From contig CAXXLL010000002.1 in the NCBI GenBank assembly GCA_963662545.2, positions 1,920,001 through 1,984,000 of the forward strand: DNA of 64,000 nucleotides, read 5' to 3'. The position numbers and the translations under genes were made by a program. The notes under the pieces were generated by a model. It saw only the letters and a list, made by a program, of their open reading frames with translations. It was not told the origin of the DNA and did no database searches. Each line of letters opens with the position of its first letter. Positions within the stretch are counted from its first letter, which is position 1. Shown piece after piece: positions 19,339 to 30,220 of the stretch. The stretch is from Gammaproteobacteria bacterium. Lineage in GTDB: Bacteria > Pseudomonadota > Gammaproteobacteria > Ga0077536.

Positions 19339-20193
19339 ATGCTTCTTGCTCGCTACGTCTATTACCCTTTTGCCATCGTGCTGGCGTGGTACATCATCGT
19401 TTACTCCCAGCAAGCTGCGCACTTGATGCAGCTCGCGAGCCAGGCCCATTCGTTGCACGGCGCAACCGAGCTTGCAGTGAAGTCCCTGCTCGAAACTTGG
19501 AGCTTTTCACTTTACTCCGGCGCCGAAAACATGCGCGGCGATTATGCAGAAATCGTCGCGCGGGCGGAATTTCAACAGCGGCGCGCAGTGCTCGCGTCAT
19601 GGGCCCTCGCCGGATTGACGAGCGCCCAAATGATTTTGGTTAGCGTACGGAACCGGCCGCTCTTAGCTGCTGTCGCTTGGCATACGACGCTGATCAGCTC
19701 CATCGCCTTCAGCGTCGGTATCGTCGCGCCGATCCTGACCGTGCTCGCCTTTTCCGACGTGCCGATACTGGGCACGGTCGTGCTTAAATACGATACGAAG
19801 AGCATCGCCTCTACGATCGGTCACTTGCTCGGCAGCGGCAATTTATTTCTCGCCCTGCTCATCGGCCTGTTCAGCATCATCCTGCCGGTGATCAAGGTTG
19901 CATTGATGCTCGTGGCGCTGGCACCCGCCATGAAGCGATTACGCGACCGCAGCGTTGCGGCCATCCTCATGATCGGCAAGTGGTCGATGGCAGACGTGTA
20001 CGTCGTGGGCGTGCTGGTTGCCTTCCTGGCATTCACCAAGGATGAACTCAGCGACGCCAGAATTGAGATCGGGCTCTATTTTTTTACAGCGTATTGCATA
20101 TTATCGCTGGCCGCCGCCCACATCGTCACCCGCATGGCGCAAAACCGACCTGGGAATAGCCGATTACCCCCGGATACAGCTATTCGAGAGTGA
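19339..20193 (+). CDS. Paraquat-inducible protein A (PqiA) family membrane protein
   Basis: [26 protein letters not shown] motifs. Confidence 0.8.
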   Translation: MLLARYVYYPFAIVLAWYIIVYSQQAAHLMQLASQAHSLHGATELAVKSLLETWSFSLYSGAENMRGDYAEIVARAEFQQRRAVLASWALAGLTSAQMILVSVRNRPLLAAVAWHTTLISSIAFSVGIVAPILTVLAFSDVPILGTVVLKYDTKSIASTIGHLLGSGNLFLALLIGLFSIILPVIKVALMLVALAPAMKRLRDRSVAAILMIGKWSMADVYVVGVLVAFLAFTKDELSDARIEIGLYFFTAYCILSLAAAHIVTRMAQNRPGNSRLPPDTAIRE

Positions 20194-21193
20194 AGGAGCC
20201 AAACGCACGGCTGCCGGCGCCCGTTGCAATCTCCCCAATGAGCTTGAGCGAATCAGCATCGATAATGCTGACGCTGCCGCTGGATGCAATGGCAACATAG
20301 ACTTCGCGCGCCTGGATTCTAATGCTGATTCCCTGCGGGTTATTGCCTACGGTAATCCGGGTCAACTCGCGGCGCTCCTTGAGATCGACGACCGAAACGC
20401 TTTTCTCGCCCCGATTGGTGACGAAAAGTCGTTGCCTGATCGGGTCGTGCGCGATGGCGAAAGGCTTTTTGCCCACTGCGATCTGAAAGTTGGACTGCAA
20501 TGTCGAGATGTCGATCACGCTCACATCCTCGCTGCTCTCGTTCGCGGTAAAGGCTTGTTGCCCGTCTGCGCTCACCGTTACGCCGAAAGGTGCGTCTCCA
20601 ACGTCAATCCGTGCAAGAGTCAGTCCATCCACCGTACTGATCACACTGACATTGTGATCGTCCTGGTTGGCGACGAAAAGATGCAGGCCGTCGGGCGCGA
20701 GGGCAAGACCCGCCGCCCCCCGACCGGTCTTATACTCACCGCGAAAACCTAGGCTGGCGGCATCGTATATTCGAACGCGTTTGTCATGCGCATCCGCTAC
20801 GTATATTCGGCCGATGCGGCTGTCGGCAACGATCCCTATAGGACCATAACCGCTGATCACACTCTTAAGTAAAGTCAGACTGTCCGGATCGATCGAGCTG
20901 ACCTCACGGCTTTTGGTACTCGTTACGAATACGAGGCGCCTTCTTTCGTCGATCGCGACACCGTTCGGATCCCATCCAAGCTCAAGGGTTCTGACGACCT
21001 TTCTTTTATCAAGCGAAATGATCGATACGGTATTTTCATCCTGATTCGTAATGAAGGCCAGCGGACCCGTCGTCCGCTCCTGCGCGTCGCCGACCGCGAC
21101 GCAGAGGTACAGCGCCATCGCAACGCCGAGGCGCGCATACGCGCCGCCGCTTGTCGCGACGTGCGGCACGTCCCAACGAATGCAACGAATCAT
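20180..21193 (-). CDS. YVTN/YncE family beta-propeller protein
   Basis: Repeated (F/Y)V(T/A)N....VSVI...VG..P.G units; start uncertain. Confidence 0.85.
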   Translation of the reverse strand: MIRCIRWDVPHVATSGGAYARLGVAMALYLCVAVGDAQERTTGPLAFITNQDENTVSIISLDKRKVVRTLELGWDPNGVAIDERRRLVFVTSTKSREVSSIDPDSLTLLKSVISGYGPIGIVADSRIGRIYVADAHDKRVRIYDAASLGFRGEYKTGRGAAGLALAPDGLHLFVANQDDHNVSVISTVDGLTLARIDVGDAPFGVTVSADGQQAFTANESSEDVSVIDISTLQSNFQIAVGKKPFAIAHDPIRQRLFVTNRGEKSVSVVDLKERRELTRITVGNNPQGISIRIQAREVYVAIASSGSVSIIDADSLKLIGEIATGAGSRAFGSFTLE

Positions 21194-21208
21194 GGGGCGT
21201 GTGTATAG

Positions 21209-21370
21209 GGAACCTCTGAATAAGTCATGGCCCATCTGTCTTGCCCGTGAAATCGCGCAGCCTTACGCTACGAAGCTTGCCAATAGTCCCCGCTATTGCC
21301 TACGATTCGTGCCTTGATCTGCACAATTGCATGAACCATTCAGACGCACCATGACTTATTCAGAGGTTTC
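21209..21370 (+). mobile_element. MITE family A, copy 1 (162 bp, IS5-like ends)
   Basis: TIR GGAACCTCTGAATAAGTCATGG / CCATGACTTATTCAGAGGTTTC; flanks ATAG/TTAG; inverted copy at 42255-42416. Confidence 0.88.
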
Positions 21371-21451
21371 TTAGCATTTTTGCGAAATGGAATGATACCG
21401 ACTTATGCTGTCATCTGCGCCGGCACTGATGAATCCCATTAGAACGGCCCG

Positions 21452-21958
21452 ATGGTAATAGACAAGGGGCGTTTCAAAACGAGCATCTTCAAAATCGTAG
21501 CGCTTACTGCGGTGGTGTCCTCGCCGGTCAGCGTCGGCACAATTAATGCACCCACGAGTCTTTTGCTGATCATCCGCGGCGACGCCGTCGCAGTTCATTT
21601 CGAAGTCGAAATTGCGGACTCTCACGCGGCGCGCAGGCGCGGGTTGATGGGAAGACAAAAGCTCGATGCGCGTACGGGCATGTGGTTTGACTTCAAAGAC
21701 AGCCACCCGGTTTCGATGTGGATGAAGGACACCGTGATATCGCTTGACCTACTCTTTGCAGACCAAGAGGGCGTAGTCGTATTCTTGCAATCCTGCGCGA
21801 AACCCATGTCACTCGATCACATCGGCGCGCCCGTGCCGGTACGTTATGTACTCGAGTTGAACGCAGGTGATATTAAGACCTACGCGATTAAGGTCGGCGA
21901 TCGTATAACGATCCCAGGGAATCGACGGGAATTGTCGTTCCGATCGCAGCCCCGATAA
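21452..21958 (+). CDS. DUF192 family protein
   Basis: VEIAD...R.RGLM, GMWF, MWMKDT.ISLDL, YVLELNAG. Confidence 0.88.
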   Translation: MVIDKGRFKTSIFKIVALTAVVSSPVSVGTINAPTSLLLIIRGDAVAVHFEVEIADSHAARRRGLMGRQKLDARTGMWFDFKDSHPVSMWMKDTVISLDLLFADQEGVVVFLQSCAKPMSLDHIGAPVPVRYVLELNAGDIKTYAIKVGDRITIPGNRRELSFRSQPR

Positions 21959-22048
21959 ATCCCGACCGTAGAATATTCAACGGCATGCCGACTGTCACTA
22001 TTTTGATCCCGCGCGGATACCGGGCGTTCCGGGTCCGGACCCGATCCG

Positions 22049-22567
22049 TTAGTGTCCGCCCTCTGACAGATCCCGATAACTCCCACCGAAACCGTCGAGC
22101 GAGAGCGGCACGGTGATCGGCTGGCGTTCTCCGTCATGAAACGTGATCGTCAATTGATTCCCGGCGATCAATTGTTCGATGGTTGCATCGCGTAGCTTCA
22201 TTACGGCGCGGCAACCATCTGGCTCGCAACGTTCGACCGGGAAATTTGCCTTATTGCCGTCGTCAATCTGAATACTGATTCCGGGCGGCAGAGATATCCC
22301 GAGCGGCAGGCTCAAGATAACCGTCGGGGTACTGTCCGCAGGGGCAATTCCGATGGCAAAATGTAACACCGGTTGTCCACCGGTTTTCAGAACCAAGTTC
22401 TGAAACATGATGCAATCATGCTCTTGACTTTCGTCCGGGGATTCACATCGCACGGTCCAGCTGCCATGTGCTTTTTCCGTTACATCTGCGTGAGAGGCTG
22501 TCACGACGAATTGTATTGCAACCAAAGTGGCTGCGCCGATGAAATGGCGGCTTGCTTGCTTTATCAC
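22049..22567 (-). CDS. Invasion-associated locus B (IalB) family protein
   Basis: HGSWTVRC, LPLGISLPPG, C...GC, PLSLDGF. Confidence 0.85.
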   Translation of the reverse strand: MIKQASRHFIGAATLVAIQFVVTASHADVTEKAHGSWTVRCESPDESQEHDCIMFQNLVLKTGGQPVLHFAIGIAPADSTPTVILSLPLGISLPPGISIQIDDGNKANFPVERCEPDGCRAVMKLRDATIEQLIAGNQLTITFHDGERQPITVPLSLDGFGGSYRDLSEGGH

Positions 22568-22595
22568 TAGGGTGGCTGATTCCTAATGGCGCACT

Positions 22596-23069
22596 CTACT
22601 CGGAATCTTTGGAGCCCGCCATGGCGCGACGCCGAAACCATTCGGGCACCTTGATGTCGGGGAATACGTCGTAATCGTCATAAGGTTTTATATCGAGTAT
22701 GGGTGTGTTGTCGTACGCATCGAGGCGTCTTACCGTCAACACTGCGCCGGTTCTCTCGATGAGTTCGACCACGGCGAGGCCAATTGAGTTCGGGTGGTTG
22801 CGACCACGGGCCGCAAATACGCCGCTCAGGGGCAAGGCAGGATCACCGCGGGGGTGACTCACCAGTGAAGCAGGAGGTCTCGCTCGATCCATCCAGAAAA
22901 GCACGAACAGATGCGAATAGGCATCGATCCCGACCAGGCCATCGACGAATTCTTCGAACACATGGATCGTAGACACGATCTCGCTTCGCTTCCGCGGCAC
23001 GTCCGCGTCGCTGACATCCGTATTAGCGACACCAATGGGTATGAGCGCGATCGATTTCTGCTGTGACAT
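22596..23069 (-). CDS. trmO: tRNA m6t6A37 methyltransferase TrmO/TsaA (short form)
   Basis: SHLFVLFW, GVFAAR...PN.IGL, TPILDIKPY. Confidence 0.85.
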   Translation of the reverse strand: MSQQKSIALIPIGVANTDVSDADVPRKRSEIVSTIHVFEEFVDGLVGIDAYSHLFVLFWMDRARPPASLVSHPRGDPALPLSGVFAARGRNHPNSIGLAVVELIERTGAVLTVRRLDAYDNTPILDIKPYDDYDVFPDIKVPEWFRRRAMAGSKDSE

Positions 23070-23070
23070 T

Positions 23071-23108
23071 AATAATCCTCGGTGTCGACAATAATCCTCG
23101 GTATCGAC
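23071..23108. repeat. 19-bp tandem duplication (1 mismatch) covering the trmO ribosome-binding site
   Basis: AATAATCCTCGGTGTCGAC followed by AATAATCCTCGGTATCGAC. Confidence 0.85.
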
Positions 23109-23192
23109 CTTAAAGAAGAGAAACTACGATGCCGATAGCCTGTTGTCGACTTCGGCAATTTCCGGGTCAAACAGCCATTCGATAACCCCAAG

Positions 23193-24440
23193 ATGCTTGC
23201 ACGACGAAACAAGAATACGATCATACCCGGGCGGCTGCGCGCCTTAGCGCCGTTCAGCGGCCTGCCCGCGGAACAGCTCATCGTTGCCGCCGGCCGGGCA
23301 TCTTCCGACCGGTTCAATGACGGCGAGGTCGTGATTGCGTTGGGTGCCGACGACGAGAGTGACTATTTCCTGCTGGACGGAAAACTCCTGATTTCGGATG
23401 TCGATGGAAAGTCCAAGCTCGTTACGGCTGGATCGGCCGAGGCCTTGAACGTCATCGCGCCGTTGCGGCCGTCCATTTATAACGTCCGGGCATCGGGGTT
23501 GGCGCTGTGTGCGCGAATCCCTCGCGCGGAAGTCGCAGTGTTGCGTGAACAGGTCGAACGCATCAACCAATCCTCCTTCAAGGAGGTGGACACCGAACCG
23601 TCGGCGACCCAGGGTCTACTGTTTGATCTCGAAGCGGACGTAGCCGCCGACCGATTGAAACTGCCGAGCCTGCCGGATATCGCGCTCAGGATCCGTGAAG
23701 TCCTGTCCAACCGCGTCTGTGATAATCAGCGCGTCGCCGATCTGCTTTCGACCGACCCATCGGCCGCGGCAAAGATCCTCAAGATTGCAAACAGTCCGCT
23801 GTGCCGCGGCGTCTCAACAATAATGAATCTACGTGAAGCCGTGGCCCGGATCGGTATGCACACGGTCAGCGAACTCGTGATCTGTTTTTCGCTCAAAGAT
23901 CTGTTCGACACGAGTGCGCCGGACGTGCGCAAGCTGTTCGCGCACATTGTTGGAGAATCCGTACGCATCGGTGCGACGGGCTCCGTGATAGCCGAGCGCG
24001 CCTCGACCGGCAACGCCGAGCAAGCCCTGGTGGCCGGACTGCTGAGCAACATCGGCGCCTTTCCGATCTTGGAACGCCTCGCAATGCGGCCCGACGTGGT
24101 CCAGGACCCGTCCAAGGCCGAGGCTGCTATCGAAGCGCACGGGGCCCAAATCGGGGTGCTCATCTGCCGGAAATGGAACTTCGGTGATGCGGTGATCGAG
24201 GCAGTATCCGAAAATCGGAACTGGGCATTTGTCTCGCACGGAGAACTGACTCTGGCGGAGATTGTGATTTGCGCGCGCTATCACGTGCTCCTGAGTCTCG
24301 GGCAGATACAAAATCTGCCCAAGCCCGAGCAAATCAGGGCGATGCGTGTACTGGGCGGCGAAGTCACGCCTGAAATGAGTCTGGAGATTATCAAAGACGC
24401 AAAAGAACGCATCGACGTTTTGCTGGATACGCTGTCCTGA
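23193..24440 (+). CDS. cNMP-binding plus HDOD domain signalling protein
   Basis: N-terminal LAPFSGL...YFLLDG cNMP-like fold; LPSLPDIA, DP..AAKILKIANSP, AVARIG, AGLLSNIG HDOD motifs. Confidence 0.85.
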   Translation: MLARRNKNTIIPGRLRALAPFSGLPAEQLIVAAGRASSDRFNDGEVVIALGADDESDYFLLDGKLLISDVDGKSKLVTAGSAEALNVIAPLRPSIYNVRASGLALCARIPRAEVAVLREQVERINQSSFKEVDTEPSATQGLLFDLEADVAADRLKLPSLPDIALRIREVLSNRVCDNQRVADLLSTDPSAAAKILKIANSPLCRGVSTIMNLREAVARIGMHTVSELVICFSLKDLFDTSAPDVRKLFAHIVGESVRIGATGSVIAERASTGNAEQALVAGLLSNIGAFPILERLAMRPDVVQDPSKAEAAIEAHGAQIGVLICRKWNFGDAVIEAVSENRNWAFVSHGELTLAEIVICARYHVLLSLGQIQNLPKPEQIRAMRVLGGEVTPEMSLEIIKDAKERIDVLLDTLS

Positions 24441-24585
24441 TTTCGCTCCTGACGCACCCGCTGCGTCCGCCAAGCTTCAAGTCATGTGGTTTCGAGCACC
24501 GTCGAGCATGACTTGATTTCCCTCGCCGTTACGAGAAACATCCCTGGCGTGGCCTTGCGGCGGTGATCGCGGTAGTCTCGTTCAT

Positions 24586-27500
24586 ATGCTCCCGGATTCT
24601 TTCGATCCCGCCGTTCGGGCCTGGTTTAACGGCACGTTCGAAACCCCCACACCCTGCCAGGTACGCGCTTGGGCGGCGCTGGAGCGCCACCGACATACCC
24701 TGGTTGCGGCGCCGACGGGATCGGGCAAGACGCTCGCGGCGTTTCTGACCGCGATCAGTGACCTTGCACAGCAAATACGCTGCGAGAAGCTCGCGAACGA
24801 AACCCGCGTGCTTTACGTATCGCCTTTGAAGGCACTGAGCAACGACGTGCAGCGTAATCTCGAACAACCGCTGGCGGCGATCCAGAAGCTACTCGAGCGC
24901 GAACTCGGGCAAGTGCCGGCGATTACGAGTGCCGTTAGAACGGGTGATACGCCTGTCGCAGCGCGCAACCGTATGCGCAAGCGGCCGCCGCATATTCTCG
25001 TCACCACACCCGAATCGCTATACATCTTGCTGACTAGCGATAGCGGGCGGGAAACGCTCAAAACGATTCGGACCGTCATCATCGACGAAATCCACGCCCT
25101 CGCCGGCAATAAGCGCGGCGCGCATCTTTCGCTGAGCCTCGAACGGCTCTCGCACGTGATTGGCCGTGCGCCCGTGCGCATCGGATTGTCCGCCACGCAA
25201 CGGCCGATCGAACGGGTCGCCGAATTTCTTACCGGGACAGCGTACGGAGCCGCAACCGGAGAACAGTGCGAAATCGTCGACGAAGGCCACATTCGGGCGC
25301 GCGATATCGCCATCGAAATGCCCAAATCACCGCTGGAAGCGATTGTTTCCGCCGAGGTCGCGGGTGAGATCCGAGAACGGATCATCGAACTCATAGCAAC
25401 GCATGCGACGACGCTCATCTTTGTCAACACTCGGCGAATGACCGAACGCCTGGCCCGCGCGCTGGCCGACAGCATCGGCGACGACGCGGTCTGCGCGCAC
25501 CACGGCAGTATGTCGCGGGAACGCCGCCACGATGCCGAAAGGCGACTTAAAAACGGCCAACTCAAGGCGCTAGTCGCGACCGCCTCGCTCGAGCTCGGCA
25601 TCGATATTGGCAATGTCGATCTCGTCTGCCAACTCGGTTCGACACGATCGCTCGCAATGCTGTTGCAAAGGATCGGCCGCTCCGGCCATGCCGTCGGCGG
25701 CGTCGCTAAAGGGCGCTTGTTTCCCCAGACGCGCGACGAATTGGTCGAGTGCGTGGCGCTACTGGACATGATTCGACGCGATGAACTCGATACCTTGGAA
25801 ATTCCCCGCGGCCCGCTCGACGTACTCGCGCAACAGATCGTCGCCGAGGTGTCGTGCGAGGACTACGCGATCGACGACCTGCACGCGGTTTTTACTAAAG
25901 CCTGGCCGTATCGTGGTTTGAGCGCGGCGTCATTGCTGAAGGTCGTGCGCATGCTCGCAGAGGGCTTCAGTTTCGCTCGAGGACGGCGCTCCGCCTATCT
26001 CCATCTCGACGACGTCAACGGGCGTTTGCGTGGGCGGCGGGGTGCGCGCTTGACGGCGATAACCTGCGGGGGCGCGATACCCGACAACGCCGAATACGAC
26101 GTCATCGCCGAGCCGAGTGGAGAGCTCGTCGGTACGGTCAATGAGGACTTCGCAATCGAGAGCCTGCCGGGCAACATCTTCCAGCTCGGCAATACTTCCT
26201 GGCGCGTCCTGCGGGTTGAATCAGCCGGCCTGCGCGTCCAGGATGCCGCCGGACAGCCACCCAACATGCCGTTCTGGTTTGGCGAAGCACCGGCGCGGAC
26301 ACTGGAATTTTCTGCCGCGGTGTCCCGCCTGCGTCAAGATTTCGCCGAACAAATCGAGGTCTGTGACGGGAATCTCGACTCCCTGACCGAGGCATTGGCC
26401 GATATTCCGGGCGCGGGCCCGGTCGCGCGGCGGCAGCTAAGCGAATACCTCCTCAGCGCTTATCGTGCGCTCGGCACAATGCCGACGCAGCAAACCCTGG
26501 TCATGGAGCGTTTTTTCGACGAATCGGGCGGCATGCAGCTCGTGATCCACTCGCTTTTCGGCAGCCGCGTCAACAAAGCCTGGGGCCTGGCACTCCGTAA
26601 GCGTTTGTGTCGCACCTTTAATTTCGAATTGCAGGCGGCCGCCATCGAAGACGCCATCGTCATCTCGCTCGGCGCCGTGCATAGTTTCCCGCTCGACGAA
26701 GTCTGGCGTTATCTCAATCGGGAAACGGTGCGCGAGGTGCTCACCCAGGCGCTGCTGGATGCACCGATGTTCACGGTGCGCTGGCGCTGGGTCGCTACCT
26801 GCGCGCTGGCGATCCAACGGTTCCGCGCGGGGCGCAAGGTACCGCCGCGTCTGCAACGCATGAGCGCCGAAGACCTGGTCGCGTTGGTGTTCCCGGACCA
26901 GCTCGCGTGCGCGGAAAACCTCAATGGCCGCCGGGATATTCCGGAGCATCCCTTGGTCGAGCAGGCGATCGGCGACTGTCTCAACGAAGTGATGGACATC
27001 GATGCGTTCGAGCGCCTGCTGAGCGCGATGAGGAACGGCGAAATAACCTTGGTCGAGCGGGATCTCACGGAACCCTCGCCGTTCGCGCTGCAGGTGCTCA
27101 ACGCCAATCCCTACGCTTTTCTCGACGACGCGCCGCTGGAGGAACGCCGTACTCAGGCGGTCCAGAGCAGGCGCTGGCTGGATCCGACTACGGCAAGCGA
27201 TCTCAGTGCTCTGGATGCGGACGCTATCGAAAGAGTCCGAGCGGAAGTCTGGCCGGACGCGCAGAGCGAAGACGAGTTGCATGAAGCCGTCCTGATGCTG
27301 GGTTTCGTGGCCGACGATGAAATAGCCACGCTCTTCAGCACCCGCATTGCGGGCGAGGGTGACCTGTTCGGCGGCGTCGCCGAACCGTGGCTGGCGCGGC
27401 TAGAGGACGATGGACGTCTGGTCCGCGTCACCGCTCCGAAAGCGGGATGGGTGGCGACGGAACGTTGTCACGAGGCACGGGCGATTTGGGCGAACGCGGC

Positions 27501-28962
27501 AATGACACGCAATGCCAGGTCAAATGCCTATCAGTCACTACAAGCACCCGACCCGGCCGAAGCCCTCAAAAACCTCGTACGCGGCCGCCTGGAGATGACC
27601 GGCCCCACGACCGTCGAAGAAACAGCCGGCGTGTTCGCCGTGCCCGTCGAGGCGGCCACCCACGCGCTGTCCGCGATCGAGGCGGCAGGGATTGCCCTGC
27701 GCGGACGTTACCGGCCAGGTGTCAACGCCGAACAGTGGTGCGATCGCCGTCTGCTGGCGCGCATTCATCGCTACACCTTGGATCACCTGCGCCGCGAAAT
27801 CGAGGCGGTGCCGAGTGCCGCCTTCGTGCGCTTTCTATTCGACTGGCAACACGTTGCCCTATCGACTCAGGTCGTTGGCGCCGAAGGTGTATTCGAGATC
27901 ATTCGCCAGCTTGCCGGATTCGAAGCGCCGGCGGGCGCCTGGGAAGCACATCTTCTACCGGCGCGCGTACGTGGCTATCAAAGCGTCCAACTGGATCAAC
28001 TAATGGCATCCGGGCGTTGTACCTGGCTGCGGCTCACCCCCAAACGCTCGACACCATCGCGTGCTACCGGCACGCTGAAAACGACGCCGCTGGCGCTCAT
28101 GCCGCGCGGCGACGCGGCCGCCTGGATCACGGCCGTGGGCCGTGGCGAACCCGCGCTACCCGGCGGCGCGGCGGAGATCGTATGGCGGCATATCGCCGAC
28201 CGTGGCGCATCGTTTTTCAATGATATCGTCGCCGACACCGGGCTCTTGCGCACACAGTGCGAGAATGCGCTCGACGAACTCGCGGCGGCGGGGCAGGTGA
28301 CCTGCGACAGTTTTGCCGGTTTGCGCGCGCTGACCACCCCGGCATCAAGGCGCAGTCACTTCGGGCGACGATCACGTCGAACGACGCTGCCGGGGATCGA
28401 GGAGGCCGGACGCTGGGACCTCGTGCGCCGGGATCGGCGCGCAAGGCCGGACCGGAATGACGCCTGGGATGAGCAGGCGCTGGAATGCGTCGCCCGTACC
28501 CTGCTAACCCGTTACGGTGTCGTGTTTCGTCGGTTGCTCGACAGAGAGTCGGGACTACCGCCCTGGCGCTACCTGTTGTGGACTTACCGGCGCCTAGAGG
28601 CGGCCGGAGAAATTCGCGGCGGGCGGTTCGTGGCCGGCTTTTCCGGCGAGCAATTCGCGTTGCCGGAAGCGATCGCCGCACTGCGTGCAAGTCGCAAGAG
28701 CGGGGCTTGCGGGCGAATTGAGGTGGTCAATGCCGCCGACCCGCTCAATCTGGTCGGTATCGTGTTGCCCGGCGTGCGCATACCCGCGCTCGCATCGAAC
28801 CAGATAGCCTACCTCGATGGCGAAGCCGTGGCGGTGCGCTCAGGCACCGACTTTCGCCTGCTCAAAGCACTCGATTCTGCCACCGCGCTCAAGGTCCGCA
28901 CGGCACTCCTCAAACCGAACATTGCTGCCTTCCGTCCGTTCCTGCGCCGGCGACAACGCTGA
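24586..28962 (+). CDS. lhr: Lhr family DEAD/DEAH-box helicase with C-terminal HTH_42-like region
   Basis: APTGSGKT, TTPESL, DEIH, SAT, QRIGRSGH, LLTRYGVV, GEIRGGRFVAGFSGEQFA. Confidence 0.93.
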   Translation: MLPDSFDPAVRAWFNGTFETPTPCQVRAWAALERHRHTLVAAPTGSGKTLAAFLTAISDLAQQIRCEKLANETRVLYVSPLKALSNDVQRNLEQPLAAIQKLLERELGQVPAITSAVRTGDTPVAARNRMRKRPPHILVTTPESLYILLTSDSGRETLKTIRTVIIDEIHALAGNKRGAHLSLSLERLSHVIGRAPVRIGLSATQRPIERVAEFLTGTAYGAATGEQCEIVDEGHIRARDIAIEMPKSPLEAIVSAEVAGEIRERIIELIATHATTLIFVNTRRMTERLARALADSIGDDAVCAHHGSMSRERRHDAERRLKNGQLKALVATASLELGIDIGNVDLVCQLGSTRSLAMLLQRIGRSGHAVGGVAKGRLFPQTRDELVECVALLDMIRRDELDTLEIPRGPLDVLAQQIVAEVSCEDYAIDDLHAVFTKAWPYRGLSAASLLKVVRMLAEGFSFARGRRSAYLHLDDVNGRLRGRRGARLTAITCGGAIPDNAEYDVIAEPSGELVGTVNEDFAIESLPGNIFQLGNTSWRVLRVESAGLRVQDAAGQPPNMPFWFGEAPARTLEFSAAVSRLRQDFAEQIEVCDGNLDSLTEALADIPGAGPVARRQLSEYLLSAYRALGTMPTQQTLVMERFFDESGGMQLVIHSLFGSRVNKAWGLALRKRLCRTFNFELQAAAIEDAIVISLGAVHSFPLDEVWRYLNRETVREVLTQALLDAPMFTVRWRWVATCALAIQRFRAGRKVPPRLQRMSAEDLVALVFPDQLACAENLNGRRDIPEHPLVEQAIGDCLNEVMDIDAFERLLSAMRNGEITLVERDLTEPSPFALQVLNANPYAFLDDAPLEERRTQAVQSRRWLDPTTASDLSALDADAIERVRAEVWPDAQSEDELHEAVLMLGFVADDEIATLFSTRIAGEGDLFGGVAEPWLARLEDDGRLVRVTAPKAGWVATERCHEARAIWANAAMTRNARSNAYQSLQAPDPAEALKNLVRGRLEMTGPTTVEETAGVFAVPVEAATHALSAIEAAGIALRGRYRPGVNAEQWCDRRLLARIHRYTLDHLRREIEAVPSAAFVRFLFDWQHVALSTQVVGAEGVFEIIRQLAGFEAPAGAWEAHLLPARVRGYQSVQLDQLMASGRCTWLRLTPKRSTPSRATGTLKTTPLALMPRGDAAAWITAVGRGEPALPGGAAEIVWRHIADRGASFFNDIVADTGLLRTQCENALDELAAAGQVTCDSFAGLRALTTPASRRSHFGRRSRRTTLPGIEEAGRWDLVRRDRRARPDRNDAWDEQALECVARTLLTRYGVVFRRLLDRESGLPPWRYLLWTYRRLEAAGEIRGGRFVAGFSGEQFALPEAIAALRASRKSGACGRIEVVNAADPLNLVGIVLPGVRIPALASNQIAYLDGEAVAVRSGTDFRLLKALDSATALKVRTALLKPNIAAFRPFLRRRQR

Positions 28963-29062
28963 GCCTGGGCCGCCTGAGGAGCCGTGAATGCGGTTTCCGG
29001 GACGCTGCGTCGCCTTTATCCTTAGCTTTGATCTGTCCTGGACCAGCAGGAGCAGCCAGCCC

Positions 29063-30220
29063 ATGAAAATCGTCATCGCGCCCGATTCGTTCAAGGAGAG
29101 CCTCGACGCCATCACCGCGGCGGAAACCATCACCGCCGGCATGCGGCGTGTCTTGCCCGACGCCCAATACGAACTGGTGCCTATGGCGGACGGCGGCGAG
29201 GGCACGGTGGAGGCGATCGTGACGGCACACCAGGGAATATTCGCCGAGGCCAAGGTACTCGGCCCGCTCAGCCGTCGCGTCACGGTACGCTACGGGATCA
29301 TCGATGGCGGCCGCATCGCAGTCCTGGAAACCGCCTCCGCGACGGGATTGCACCTCGTGCCACCGGCTGAACGCGATCCGAGTGCAACGACCAGTTATGG
29401 CGTCGGAGAACTCATTTCTGTGGCGCTGGACCACGGCTGCGAGAAAATCATCGTAGGGCTTGGCGGATCGGCGACCAACGACGGCGGCGCGGGCATGGTC
29501 CAGGCTCTGGGAGTACGTTTTCTGGACGCCGCCGGCGCGGTCATAGAAACGCCCCTCACGGGCGGCATGCTGTCCCGAGTCGCAGCGATCGATACCAGCG
29601 GCGCCGATCCACGCTTGCGCGCGGTTCGCTTCGAGGCCGCCTGCGACGTCAATAATCCGCTGTGCGGGGAACGTGGCGCTACGGCGACCTTCGGACCTCA
29701 AAAAGGCGCGTCGCCCGGTCAGATCCGTATACTTGATAATAACCTTAGAAAATTCTATCAACTGTATGATAAATTGGAGGAAATAGATGTTTCTGAGATA
29801 CCAGGAGCCGGTGCGGCTGGTGGGATCGGGGCGGCCATGCTCGGTTTTCTGCACGCCTCTGCGCGGCCTGGGGTCGACCTCGTTATCGAAGCGGTCGGCC
29901 TGGCGAACCGTCTCCGCGACGCGAAGGTCGTGATCACCGGTGAGGGGCGCATCGACAGGCAGAGTCTGCAAGGAAAAGCACCACTGGGCGTGGCCCGACT
30001 TGCCGCCTCACACGATGTTCCCGTGATCGCGATCGGCGGGAGTCTATCGGCGGAAGCAGGGGAGATGTTCGCCGGGCCGGTGGACGCAATAGAGGCCGCG
30101 ATCGCGCGGCCGCTGACGCTTGCCGAAGCGCTGGCCGATGCGTCTACGCACCTTGCCGATGCCGGCGAGCGGGTTGCCCGCTGGCTAGTCCTGGCCCAGC
30201 GTCTCGCCTCGCAACCCTAA
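29063..30220 (+). CDS. glxK: Glycerate kinase
   Basis: MKIVIAPDSFKESL, PMADGGEGT, GLGGSATNDGG, ITGEG.ID.QS. Confidence 0.93.
   Translation: MKIVIAPDSFKESLDAITAAETITAGMRRVLPDAQYELVPMADGGEGTVEAIVTAHQGIFAEAKVLGPLSRRVTVRYGIIDGGRIAVLETASATGLHLVPPAERDPSATTSYGVGELISVALDHGCEKIIVGLGGSATNDGGAGMVQALGVRFLDAAGAVIETPLTGGMLSRVAAIDTSGADPRLRAVRFEAACDVNNPLCGERGATATFGPQKGASPGQIRILDNNLRKFYQLYDKLEEIDVSEIPGAGAAGGIGAAMLGFLHASARPGVDLVIEAVGLANRLRDAKVVITGEGRIDRQSLQGKAPLGVARLAASHDVPVIAIGGSLSAEAGEMFAGPVDAIEAAIARPLTLAEALADASTHLADAGERVARWLVLAQRLASQP

Noticed and set aside
24477-24516. TCAAGTCATG...CATGACTTGA inverted repeat resembling the MITE A core
   Set aside because: Only 10-bp arms and no GGAACCTCTG terminus or target duplication; more likely a simple hairpin
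24586-28962. Lhr as part of an anti-phage island
   Set aside because: Neighbours are HDOD and glycerate kinase genes; architecture matches the ordinary long Lhr repair helicase
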